A stretch of DNA of 36,492 nucleotides from Sulfurovum sp. (GTDB taxonomy: Bacteria > Campylobacterota > Campylobacteria > Campylobacterales > Sulfurovaceae). The notes beneath the pieces were generated by a model. It ran no database searches, was not told the origin of the DNA, and was given only the letters and a program-made list of their open reading frames with translations. The stretch spans positions 1 through 36,492 of the forward strand of contig JBFEWI010000001.1 in NCBI GenBank assembly GCA_041546475.1, given 5' to 3'. This document shows, in pieces, positions 16,848-26,170 of the stretch. The position numbers were made by a program, and so were the translations under genes. How positions within the stretch are numbered: position 1 is the first letter of the stretch; every line of letters begins with the position of its first letter.

Positions 16848-18200
16848 ATGGAGTATATTGAGCAAGCATTGAGGCGTGCCGAAAAAAGCAACTGTAAGAG
16901 TGACACCATTTTTCTCCAAGCCCTCAAAGAGGTGCTTGATACGATACAACCGCTGATGGAAAAACATCCCGAATATCTTCACCAAAACATCATCGACCGT
17001 ATCATGGTCCCCAACAGAGAGATCCACTTTAAAATAGAATGGATGGATGATGACAATATCATCCATGTCAATAACGGCTACAGAATTCAATTTAACAATG
17101 CTTTGGGTCCCTATAAAGGCGGCGTGCGTTTCCACCCTTCAGTCAATCCGGATATCCTGAAATTCCTTGCTTTTGAACAGATCTTTAAAAATGCGATCAC
17201 CGGACTTCATATTGGGGGTGCGAAGGGTGGCGCTGATTTTGACCCCAAAGGCAAAAGCGATAAAGAGATCATGAAGTTCTGTCAGGCTTTTATGTCTGCT
17301 TTTTATAACAGTATCGGTGCAGATATCGATATCCTCGGCGGAGATATAGGTGTAGGGGCGAGAGAAGTGGGCTATCTTTTTGGACAATACAAACAGCTCA
17401 CCAATTCTTATGACAGTATCATCACCTCAAAGCCTCTCTCACTGGGCGGAAGTCTGGGACGTACCGAGGCAACAGGCTATGGACTGATATATTTCACACA
17501 GACTTTACTGGAAGATATGGGAGAAACGCTCAAAGGTAAGATCTGTACGATCAGCGGCAGCGGTAATGTGGCGATCCATGCCATAGAGAAACTCTATGAG
17601 ATAGGTGCCATTCCTGTCACCTGTTCTGATTCCAAAGGTACGATCCATGACAGTAACGGTATAGATCTGGAACTGTTAAAGAAAATAAAGCTGGAGAGAA
17701 GAGCATCCCTGGAATATTATGCATTGGAGAGAAAGAAAGCCACCTATGTGAAAAGAGAAAGCTATAATGAGGGAAGCAGTTTTGTATGGAGTATCCCTTG
17801 TTTTGCCGCATTCCCCTGTGCTACACAGAATGAATTGGGTGAAAGCTCTGCAAAACTGCTCATAGAGAATGATGTGAAGATCGTTGCAGAAGGTGCAAAT
17901 ATGCCTACTACACCTGAAGCTATCGCTCTTTTTGAAGAGAACAGGATACTTTTTGGCCCGGCCAAAGCAGCCAATGCCGGCGGTGTTGCTGTCTCTGTAC
18001 TGGAGATGAGCCAAAACAGTTCACTCAACTATCTCTCATTTGAAAAAGTAGATCAAAGACTTAGAGACATTATGTCAAATATCTACAGTGACCTCAAGCA
18101 GACATGCGATGAATATGATCTCGATATGGATCTGGTCGCTGCGGCGAATATCTTAGGATTTCAACGCGTGGCGGATGCTATGATCATGCAAGGGGTGTAA
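16848..18200 (+). CDS. gdhA: Glutamate dehydrogenase, GdhA (NADP-type) family, divergent
   Basis: 'GPYKGGVRFHP', 'EQIFKN', 'GGAKGG', 'RTEATGYG', 'SGSGNV', 'EGANMP', 'NAGGVAVS'; start ATG 16848 after AAGGA RBS, TATAAT at 16814-16819. Confidence 0.9.
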   Translation: MEYIEQALRRAEKSNCKSDTIFLQALKEVLDTIQPLMEKHPEYLHQNIIDRIMVPNREIHFKIEWMDDDNIIHVNNGYRIQFNNALGPYKGGVRFHPSVNPDILKFLAFEQIFKNAITGLHIGGAKGGADFDPKGKSDKEIMKFCQAFMSAFYNSIGADIDILGGDIGVGAREVGYLFGQYKQLTNSYDSIITSKPLSLGGSLGRTEATGYGLIYFTQTLLEDMGETLKGKICTISGSGNVAIHAIEKLYEIGAIPVTCSDSKGTIHDSNGIDLELLKKIKLERRASLEYYALERKKATYVKRESYNEGSSFVWSIPCFAAFPCATQNELGESSAKLLIENDVKIVAEGANMPTTPEAIALFEENRILFGPAKAANAGGVAVSVLEMSQNSSLNYLSFEKVDQRLRDIMSNIYSDLKQTCDEYDLDMDLVAAANILGFQRVADAMIMQGV

Positions 18201-18227
18201 AAGAGAAAGCCGGATACTCCGGCCTTG
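18201..18227. terminator. Hairpin between convergent gdhA and def
   Basis: GCCGGA-TAC-TCCGGC (18209-18223); U-rich tail on the minus strand. Confidence 0.65.
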
Positions 18228-18228
18228 C

Positions 18229-18753
18229 TTATGCCTCTTTGAGTCTTCGTTTCCACTCTTTTTCGAATTTCTTTCTTTTCGTATAAGAGAGTTTTTCAAT
18301 GAAGACTTTGCCATCCAAATGATCTATCTCATGCTGGATCGCGATAGCAAGAAAGTCGTCATCTTCTATCACATGCTTAGTGCCATCTCTATCAAGATAC
18401 TCCACTTTCACATGTTTTGCACGTTCAACCTCTTCATAGATGCCCGGAACAGAGAGGCATCCCTCTTGGAATTTTTCTGAACCGTCTTTTTCCAGGATCA
18501 CGGGGTTGATCATCTCCAGCGTATTTTCTTTAGGCTGGTCATGTTCACCATCTGCACCCTCTAAAGGGATATTGATGATCAGTGCACGTATATCAATACC
18601 GACCTGAATCGCTGCAAGACCTACACCGTTTCGGGCACGCATCGTATCATACATGTCATCCAGAAGATCATGCAATGCACCGTCAAAAGACTCTACCTCT
18701 TTTGAGACTAGTTTGAGCCTTTTGTCCGGATATACTACTATTTCTCTAACCAT
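18229..18753 (-). CDS. def: Peptide deformylase
   Basis: [13 protein letters not shown] and QHEIDHLDG motifs. Confidence 0.97.
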   Translation of the reverse strand: MVREIVVYPDKRLKLVSKEVESFDGALHDLLDDMYDTMRARNGVGLAAIQVGIDIRALIINIPLEGADGEHDQPKENTLEMINPVILEKDGSEKFQEGCLSVPGIYEEVERAKHVKVEYLDRDGTKHVIEDDDFLAIAIQHEIDHLDGKVFIEKLSYTKRKKFEKEWKRRLKEA

Positions 18754-18765
18754 ACACCGTCTCTG

Positions 18766-19353
18766 TTAGTTAAAACTTTTTGTGAGTACTTTGTCTATAA
18801 GTCCGTACTCCAGTGCTTCCCTGGCTGACATAAAGTTATCTCTCTCTGTGTCTTTTTCGATACGTTTGGTCGTTTTACCTGTCTGCTCTGCCAAGATCTC
18901 ATTGAGCGTATCTTTGAGTCTTTGTATCTCTTGTGCCTGTATCTGGATATCTGTTGACTGCCCTTGTGCACCGCCTGAAGGCTGGTGGATCATGATACGT
19001 GCATGAGGAAGGGCATAGCGTTTACCCTTTGTCCCTGAAGAGAGAAGGAAAGCACCCATCGAAGCTGCCTGACCGATACAGATCGTGACAATATCCGGCT
19101 TGATGTAGTTCATCGTATCGAACATTGAAAGCCCCGAAGTGATCACACCCCCCGGAGAGTTAATATAAAAATAGATATCTTTATCCGGGTCCTGTGCTTC
19201 AAGAAAAAGAAGTTGTGCCACCACGGTCGAAGCCACTTGATCATTGACTTCACCGCTTAGCATAATGATACGGTCTTTCAGTAACCGTGAATAGATATCG
19301 TATGATCTTTCACCTCTACCGGTCTGTTCTACAACATATGGAATATAACTCAT
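18766..19353 (-). CDS. clpP: ATP-dependent Clp protease proteolytic subunit
   Basis: '[13 protein letters not shown]', 'YINSPGG', 'AASMG', 'MIHQP'. Confidence 0.98.
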   Translation of the reverse strand: MSYIPYVVEQTGRGERSYDIYSRLLKDRIIMLSGEVNDQVASTVVAQLLFLEAQDPDKDIYFYINSPGGVITSGLSMFDTMNYIKPDIVTICIGQAASMGAFLLSSGTKGKRYALPHARIMIHQPSGGAQGQSTDIQIQAQEIQRLKDTLNEILAEQTGKTTKRIEKDTERDNFMSAREALEYGLIDKVLTKSFN

Positions 19354-19425
19354 CTTTTTCCTTTAATAATATATAGTTAAATAGATTTTTTATCCACTCA
19401 ACTATACACTCTATAGGTTAACAGA

Positions 19426-19453
19426 ACAAATAACAGCATATGCTGTTATTTGT
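19426..19453. terminator. Perfect 28-bp palindrome after tig (likely terminator/processing hairpin)
   Basis: ACAAATAACAGCAT|ATGCTGTTATTTGT, 10 bp after the tig stop. Confidence 0.55.
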
Positions 19454-19463
19454 CTGCTGGTAC

Positions 19464-20756
19464 TTATTTATCTAAACCTAACATCTTACCAAAGAGTTTG
19501 TCTTCGATCATACCCATTTTTACTGCTGGAAGAAGATTGTTCTCCTGGTAGTATTTGATCACTTCTTGTGGATCTTGTCCGCTCATCATCGCTTCGTAGT
19601 AGATCGCTTGTGATACCTCTTGGTCATCTACAGAGACATCTTCTTTTTTAGCCAATGCATCAACGATAAATGTCGCTTTCACAGATGCTACTGCATCTGC
19701 TCTTACCTCTTCACGAAGTGCTTCGATCTTCTCAGGATTGTCTTTATAAGTGTTAAGCTCCTCTTCGCTCATCTCTCTTGCTTTTGCATTGATCTTTGCA
19801 TCGATCTCTTGTTCAACGATATTGTTTGGCAGTGCAAAGTCAAATTTAGCCACCAATGCTTCAACCAATTTTGGTTTAAGATCTTCATTATAGAGTTTTG
19901 ATATCTCTGTTGACTCGATCTGTGTTCTTACTCTGTCCGTCAACATTTCAAGTGTTGCATTCTCTTCTCCCTGAAGAAGTTTTTGTGCCAACTCATCGTT
20001 AAGCTCTGCAGGCACCTGCTCTTGGATTTCGTGAAGTTTTACTTTGAACTCTGCCTCTTTACCTGCCAAATCTTTTGACTGGTACTCTTCTGGGAAAGTC
20101 ACAGTGATCGTTTTCTCTTCATCATATTTCATACCGATGATCTGTTCTTCAAATCCGGGGATGAATTGTCCAGAACCGATCTTGAGGTTGAACTTCTCAG
20201 CTTTACCACCGTCAAAGGCTACACCGTCAACAAAACCTTCAAAGTCGATCACAACCATGTCACCGTCTCTTACCATACGTTTTCTTTTGATCTTTTCATA
20301 TGGTGCCTGTTGTGCTGCAATCTCGTCCAATTTCTCTTGGATCTCTTTGTCAGATGCTTTTGGTCTCTCAAAAGCAGGAAGTACATCCATATGACCTTCT
20401 GCTTCAAATACAGGTCTAGTAGAGATCTCTACTTCAACATCGATACCGGCATCTGTTTTGTCATACTTTTTAAAAGTAGGCTGACCGAGCATATCTGCAG
20501 GGTTGATACCCGCTTCTTTCATCCCCGCATCAATAAGCTCTCTAAGTACTTCACCCTCTGCATCCTGTGCGAGTTTGTCACCATGCATTTGTTTCACTAC
20601 GTGTGGAGGTACTTTACCTTTTCTGAACCCATCTACTTTCATCTCTTTACCAGCTTGAACAGCCATCTTGTTAATGTTCTCTTCAACAGCACTGTTTTCT
20701 ATAGTACCGCTTACGATAATATTTGCGTCGTCTACTTTATTTACTGTAACTTTCAC
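19464..20756 (-). CDS. tig: Trigger factor
   Basis: 'GFRKGKVP' ribosome-binding signature, FKBP 'IDFEG...FIPGFE', 'FPEEY'; GTG start. Confidence 0.97.
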   Translation of the reverse strand: MKVTVNKVDDANIIVSGTIENSAVEENINKMAVQAGKEMKVDGFRKGKVPPHVVKQMHGDKLAQDAEGEVLRELIDAGMKEAGINPADMLGQPTFKKYDKTDAGIDVEVEISTRPVFEAEGHMDVLPAFERPKASDKEIQEKLDEIAAQQAPYEKIKRKRMVRDGDMVVIDFEGFVDGVAFDGGKAEKFNLKIGSGQFIPGFEEQIIGMKYDEEKTITVTFPEEYQSKDLAGKEAEFKVKLHEIQEQVPAELNDELAQKLLQGEENATLEMLTDRVRTQIESTEISKLYNEDLKPKLVEALVAKFDFALPNNIVEQEIDAKINAKAREMSEEELNTYKDNPEKIEALREEVRADAVASVKATFIVDALAKKEDVSVDDQEVSQAIYYEAMMSGQDPQEVIKYYQENNLLPAVKMGMIEDKLFGKMLGLDK

Positions 20757-20840
20757 TACATTCCTTTATTATATATAATTACGTGATTTTATCGAAATAA
20801 TGTTGAAATACCAATAAGCATTAAAATGCAAGGGGAAAAG

Positions 20841-20858
20841 GGGTTGCTAAAGCAGCCC
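20841..20858. terminator. Hairpin downstream of the 20891-21706 gene
   Basis: GGGTTGC-TAAA-GCAGCCC; followed by CTTTT on the minus strand, where one pair is a mismatch. Confidence 0.4.
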
Positions 20859-20890
20859 TCCAAAGTGAATCCGGAGAGCTAAAAACCATA

Positions 20891-21706
20891 CTATCTATAG
20901 GTTCTTTTGATATCTTTTTCTATATTACCCGGAGCAGAAGCAATTCTCATAAACTCCGTCATACTTAAAAGGGGCAGAGAGACCGCTAAATAATATTTAG
21001 GGTCCAGCATCACCGCTTTTCCCTCTTTTATCATACTTCTGTACGGCAAGATAAGTGCATTATGTACTGAATCTATTTTAACAAGGAATTTATTGGTTCT
21101 GCTTCTTAAATTGTGTCCTATAAGTGTTGATCCATTAGGAAGTTTAAGGATGTATGCTACATATTTATTCTCTTTAAGCTTTGTTTCAAGATCTTCACCC
21201 TCAGCTACATCGATCGTATCTTCTACATGGGCCATACCCATCATGAATTGATAGTGAGGAAGTTTTGAAAGTTTAAACTCATCTTCTACCGTATACAGGT
21301 CACCGAGTGCTTTTTGAAATGCTTTAAGTGTAGCTGAAAACTGACCATAGGTATACTTGTCCTGAAGATAGGCTGCACCAAAATAGGATGGATTCTGTAT
21401 ACGTACCTCTTTTTCATTCACAAGTACATTGAGTGTTGCCAGCCAAGTGTTTGTAGCCTTAAGCTCTTCATTGGTCACTGTGATCACCGTTGAACCTTTG
21501 ATCGGTGTAGTCGTAGCCAAAATGGTAAAACCGTTGGCTTTCAGTTTTGATTCTATCTCATCCGCACCCTGTGCTTTGGCAGCATAATACGTGCTTAAGA
21601 CTTCCGGTGCCGGTGCACTGATATCGAGTTTGGTTCCTTGCGCACTTGCCTCTATTGTCACAAATGCAGCCAAAAAGAACGCCCATGCCATCTTGGTAAA
21701 TTTCAT
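20891..21706 (-). CDS. Exported hypothetical protein, possibly DUF302-like fold
   Basis: Sec signal peptide (...ASA|Q); 'LPYRSMI...MLDP' recalls the DUF302 'LPxxxxV...xxxP' element; AAAGGA RBS. Confidence 0.7.
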   Translation of the reverse strand: MKFTKMAWAFFLAAFVTIEASAQGTKLDISAPAPEVLSTYYAAKAQGADEIESKLKANGFTILATTTPIKGSTVITVTNEELKATNTWLATLNVLVNEKEVRIQNPSYFGAAYLQDKYTYGQFSATLKAFQKALGDLYTVEDEFKLSKLPHYQFMMGMAHVEDTIDVAEGEDLETKLKENKYVAYILKLPNGSTLIGHNLRSRTNKFLVKIDSVHNALILPYRSMIKEGKAVMLDPKYYLAVSLPLLSMTEFMRIASAPGNIEKDIKRTYR

Positions 21707-21754
21707 CTATTTCCTTTTTTATTTTATGTTTAAATTCAATTGTTATTGCAACTG

Positions 21755-22750
21755 CTAGTCTTTACCAAGAGTTACCACTTCAAAGCCCATCTCTTTAAAG
21801 GTTTCAACCACTTCTGCATCGATCGCTCTCATGTGATCAATACGTTTTTGGTCTTTAAAGTCGAGTGCATTGATCCAGTTGTCCACAGATGCATATCCTA
21901 CGTGAAGTTCATTGGTTCCCTTAGGCACATAGAAGTAGACTGAACATGGTGCGAACATACCTGCTTGAGGCATACCTCTGTTAAAGATAGAGTTTGAGAA
22001 TTCAAAATGACAAAGCATAGAGACCCAATAGGCATCATATTTGTCAAATTCCAGTTCCATATCGGCATATTCAAATTTAAAATCAATGAACCCGGCAATG
22101 ACAAAATGATGATTAGCAAAACGTCCGTCATGGTCCATGACGAAATCTTCAACAAATGTTTCCATATCATCTGTTCTTTCAAACTTTTTCACCATACGTG
22201 TCAATCCAATTTTCGGTAACGGCTTCGTGTGTTCAAATCTTTTGGTTTTTGTAGGCTTCATCTCTTTTTCTACCAAGGCATCAAAAGAACCTACCATATC
22301 TGTAAATGCCTTTCTTGTCTCTGCATCTTTCTCCCCGATGATATCCAGCATAGTATCCGGAGTAAGATGTCCGTACCAGGTGTTGTTATCCTCTTTGTCA
22401 AGTGTTTTGTAGCCAAAGAAGTTGAAAGGAGCATAGGCACCAATATCCGGGTTTTTAAGCAAAAGAGGTCTCAGTGCCTCAATATTTACAAGACCATAGA
22501 AAGAGATCATCTCCAAACTCTTCTCATTGAACATGTTTTGCCAATGCACCTGTATATTTCTGTTCGCTTGTACTACAGAATAACCAATTGTATTGATCTT
22601 TTTGATCAATGCATCCAATTGAACTGCCTGATTCCCTTCGTTTCCCCAAAGCTCAGCAGTCAACTTCGACTCTGTTTTATTTGAATGCACATCCGCCTGT
22701 GCCAGTCCAACAAGCATTATACATGCCAGTATCACTCTCTTTAATTTCAT
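21755..22750 (-). CDS. Exported tandem DUF302-domain protein
   Basis: Signal peptide (AQA|D); two related halves 'GAYAPFNFFGY...WYG' and 'GMFAPCSVYFY...HVGY'; AAGGA RBS. Confidence 0.75.
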   Translation of the reverse strand: MKLKRVILACIMLVGLAQADVHSNKTESKLTAELWGNEGNQAVQLDALIKKINTIGYSVVQANRNIQVHWQNMFNEKSLEMISFYGLVNIEALRPLLLKNPDIGAYAPFNFFGYKTLDKEDNNTWYGHLTPDTMLDIIGEKDAETRKAFTDMVGSFDALVEKEMKPTKTKRFEHTKPLPKIGLTRMVKKFERTDDMETFVEDFVMDHDGRFANHHFVIAGFIDFKFEYADMELEFDKYDAYWVSMLCHFEFSNSIFNRGMPQAGMFAPCSVYFYVPKGTNELHVGYASVDNWINALDFKDQKRIDHMRAIDAEVVETFKEMGFEVVTLGKD

Positions 22751-22926
22751 ACGTCTTCCTTATAGTGTTCAATAGAATCTCTTATGGTAATAAAAGTTGT
22801 ATTAATATGTGATTAACCATCAAATAAACTGAACTTCATAAAAATGTTTGCTTGTATACCCTATTTCATATGAGGGTAAAAGTATTGATTTTCTTCCTCA
22901 TGATTCTGGGCATACAAAGCAACACA

Positions 22927-22935
22927 TGCTATAAT
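22927..22935 (+). promoter_or_regulatory. Extended -10 promoter of mutY (leaderless)
   Basis: TGcTATAAT ends 6 nt before ATG 22942; no SD. Confidence 0.6.
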
Positions 22936-22941
22936 CCCATC

Positions 22942-23898
22942 ATGTATAGAAAAACCCACCAAAACATCCAAGCGTGGTACCGGCAAAACGGACGACTGGA
23001 CCTGCCCTGGCGCAACACAGATGAATCGTATTATATCTACCTCTCGGAAGTGATGCTTCAGCAGACACAGGTCAAAACCGTATTGGAGAGATACTACATC
23101 CCTTTTATTGAACGTTTTCCCAGCCTAAAGAGTTTAGGTGAAGCACCTCTGGATGTTGTGTTGAAGATGTGGGAAGGACTTGGCTACTACAATCGGGCAA
23201 AAAATCTACACAAGACCGCGACGCTTGTAGACGAACTTCCAAATGATATAGAGGCGCTCATGAAACTTCCTGGCATCGGTAAAAATACTGCCCATGCCAT
23301 CGCTTCCTTTGCCTTTCACCAACCCGTTCCCATTATGGAAGCCAATGTAAAACGAATACTTTGCCGTCTGCATCAGCTCATCACACCCACTGAAAAAAAA
23401 CTCTGGAAGATCGCTTATGAGCTGGTAGACAAAATCAATCCTTTTGACTACAACCAGGCGATGATGGATATAGGGGCAACGATCTGTCTGCCTAGAAATC
23501 CCAAATGTGAGATCTGCCCTCTCAGCAACATCTGTAAAGGGAAAGAAGAACCTGAACGCTATCCTGAAAAAAAGAGACGTGTGGTACCGACCAGAGAAGA
23601 GAACATTCTTATCAGAATCTATGATGACAGACTCTCACTGACACAGAGAAAAGGTAAATTCCTGCATGGCCTCTGGGGCTTTGAATCTGTGGAGAGTCCG
23701 GAGTGTGCCTCTGAGTACCTGGGTGAAGTCACCCATGCCTATACACACTTTAAACTCCACTGCAAGGTCTATCTCTATTATGAGAACACTCCTGAACGGT
23801 CTGACTATTTCAGTGAAGAAGAGATAGAAAAACTCGCTATCTCCAAAGTAGATGAGAAAATAGTTAATCTATATAACCGTTTTCTAAAATACGACTAG
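22942..23898 (+). CDS. mutY: A/G-specific adenine glycosylase
   Basis: 'LPWR', 'SEVMLQQTQV', 'WEGLGYY.RA', HhH 'LPGIG', [4Fe-4S] motif C-x6-C-x2-C-x5-C, 'HAYTHF'. Confidence 0.93.
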   Translation: MYRKTHQNIQAWYRQNGRLDLPWRNTDESYYIYLSEVMLQQTQVKTVLERYYIPFIERFPSLKSLGEAPLDVVLKMWEGLGYYNRAKNLHKTATLVDELPNDIEALMKLPGIGKNTAHAIASFAFHQPVPIMEANVKRILCRLHQLITPTEKKLWKIAYELVDKINPFDYNQAMMDIGATICLPRNPKCEICPLSNICKGKEEPERYPEKKRRVVPTREENILIRIYDDRLSLTQRKGKFLHGLWGFESVESPECASEYLGEVTHAYTHFKLHCKVYLYYENTPERSDYFSEEEIEKLAISKVDEKIVNLYNRFLKYD

Positions 23899-24068
23899 TT
23901 GTATGAGCCTACTGCTGACAAGCAACTAAATTGCAGTGCAAGTGAGGCACTAAATGCCGAATCGTAAGTAGTCACAGTGACAACAATCAAAACTCAAAGA
24001 GGTGCTTAAACGCACGTCATTGAATTTTGACATTTTGAGCTTTGCTCAAAAGCGTTCCAATGGATAAT
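23899..24068. other. Multi-hairpin intergenic element (MITE/ERIC-like repeat or ncRNA)
   Basis: Four hairpins plus an enclosing stem in ~170 bp, two with identical CTAAA loops; see findings. Confidence 0.55.
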
Positions 24069-24126
24069 AGAAGATTGTTAAATTGTTTTTAGCTACAATG
24101 TGAAAAATATCTGATTAGGCACGATA

Positions 24127-24705
24127 ATGAATAAAGAAGAAGAATTTGAACAGGCTGTGACCAAAGTCCTTGAACTTTTGGGGGAAGACCCTACACGGGA
24201 AGGTTTACTTAAAACACCCAGCCGTGTTGCCAAAGCACTCCAGTTTCTTACAGAGGGGTATCAGCAAGACCCCAAGGAGATACTCAATCAGGCACTCTTC
24301 AGTACAAGCAATGATGAGATGGTACTGGTACGTGATATAGAGTTTTACTCTATGTGTGAACATCACATGCTTCCCATCATAGGACGTGCCCATGTGGCAT
24401 ACATACCTGACGGAAAAGTGGTAGGTCTCTCCAAAATCCCCCGCATCGTCAATGTCTATGCAAGACGTCTGCAGATACAAGAACAGATGACCGAACAGAT
24501 CGCTGATGCCATTTCTGAAACAATTAAACCTAAAGGTGTGGCCGTAGTAGTTCATGCACGCCATATGTGTATGGAGATGAGAGGCGTGCAGAAGATCAAT
24601 TCCACCACAGTAAGTTCTGCGCTGCGCGGTCTCTTTAAAAGTGATGAACGTACCAGAAATGAATTTTATAATCTTATCAATACACCCGCTCCTTCAAATT
24701 TTTAA
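24127..24705 (+). CDS. folE: GTP cyclohydrolase I
   Basis: '[11 protein letters not shown]', 'SMCEHH', 'GLSK', 'RRLQIQE', 'HMCMEMRG'; TACAAT -10 at 24094-24099. Confidence 0.97.
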   Translation: MNKEEEFEQAVTKVLELLGEDPTREGLLKTPSRVAKALQFLTEGYQQDPKEILNQALFSTSNDEMVLVRDIEFYSMCEHHMLPIIGRAHVAYIPDGKVVGLSKIPRIVNVYARRLQIQEQMTEQIADAISETIKPKGVAVVVHARHMCMEMRGVQKINSTTVSSALRGLFKSDERTRNEFYNLINTPAPSNF

Positions 24706-24710
24706 ACCAA

Positions 24711-24725
24711 ACGGACACTGTCCGT
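24711..24725. terminator. Hairpin after folE
   Basis: ACGGAC-ACT-GTCCGT, 5 bp after the stop; weak U tract. Confidence 0.45.
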
Positions 24726-24852
24726 ATTTGGCCTGCCCTTTTTAATTCACTTTGATTGAGATCGGCTAAAACCCTATAAAACAGATTAAAACACTCCTCT
24801 TTAACTTCAAATTTATCTTAATTTAAGAAAAACACCGTATCATGCGTAAAAC

Positions 24853-24879
24853 TAATTAAGACTATTTTAGTCCTAATTA
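24853..24879. promoter_or_regulatory. IscR/Rrf2 type-1-like operator upstream of nifS
   Basis: TAATTAAGACTA-TTT-TAGTCCTAATTA; the core GACTATTTTAGTC fits GACTRWWWYAGTC. Confidence 0.6.
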
Positions 24880-24880
24880 A

Positions 24881-24893
24881 AATGAGTATCATT
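24881..24893. promoter_or_regulatory. Fur/PerR-like box upstream of nifS
   Basis: AATGA-GTA-TCATT, compared with the Fur core AATGATAATCATT. Confidence 0.4.
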
Positions 24894-24907
24894 ACAAATA
24901 AAATTGA

Positions 24908-26143
<1,236 letters not shown>

Positions 26144-26170
26144 TAGATAAAATTTAATAAAGGATATACA

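Noticed and set aside
16679-16927. 83-aa N-terminal extension of ComM in the ORF track
   Set aside because: It overlaps gdhA and its promoter; family similarity begins at VNRLTCATLEG with a good SD before GTG 16678.
23899-24068. Folate/THF-type riboswitch for folE, or a group II intron fragment
   Set aside because: A TACAAT -10 at 24094-24099 lies between the element and folE, placing it outside the likely leader; no domain V-like hairpin is recognisable.
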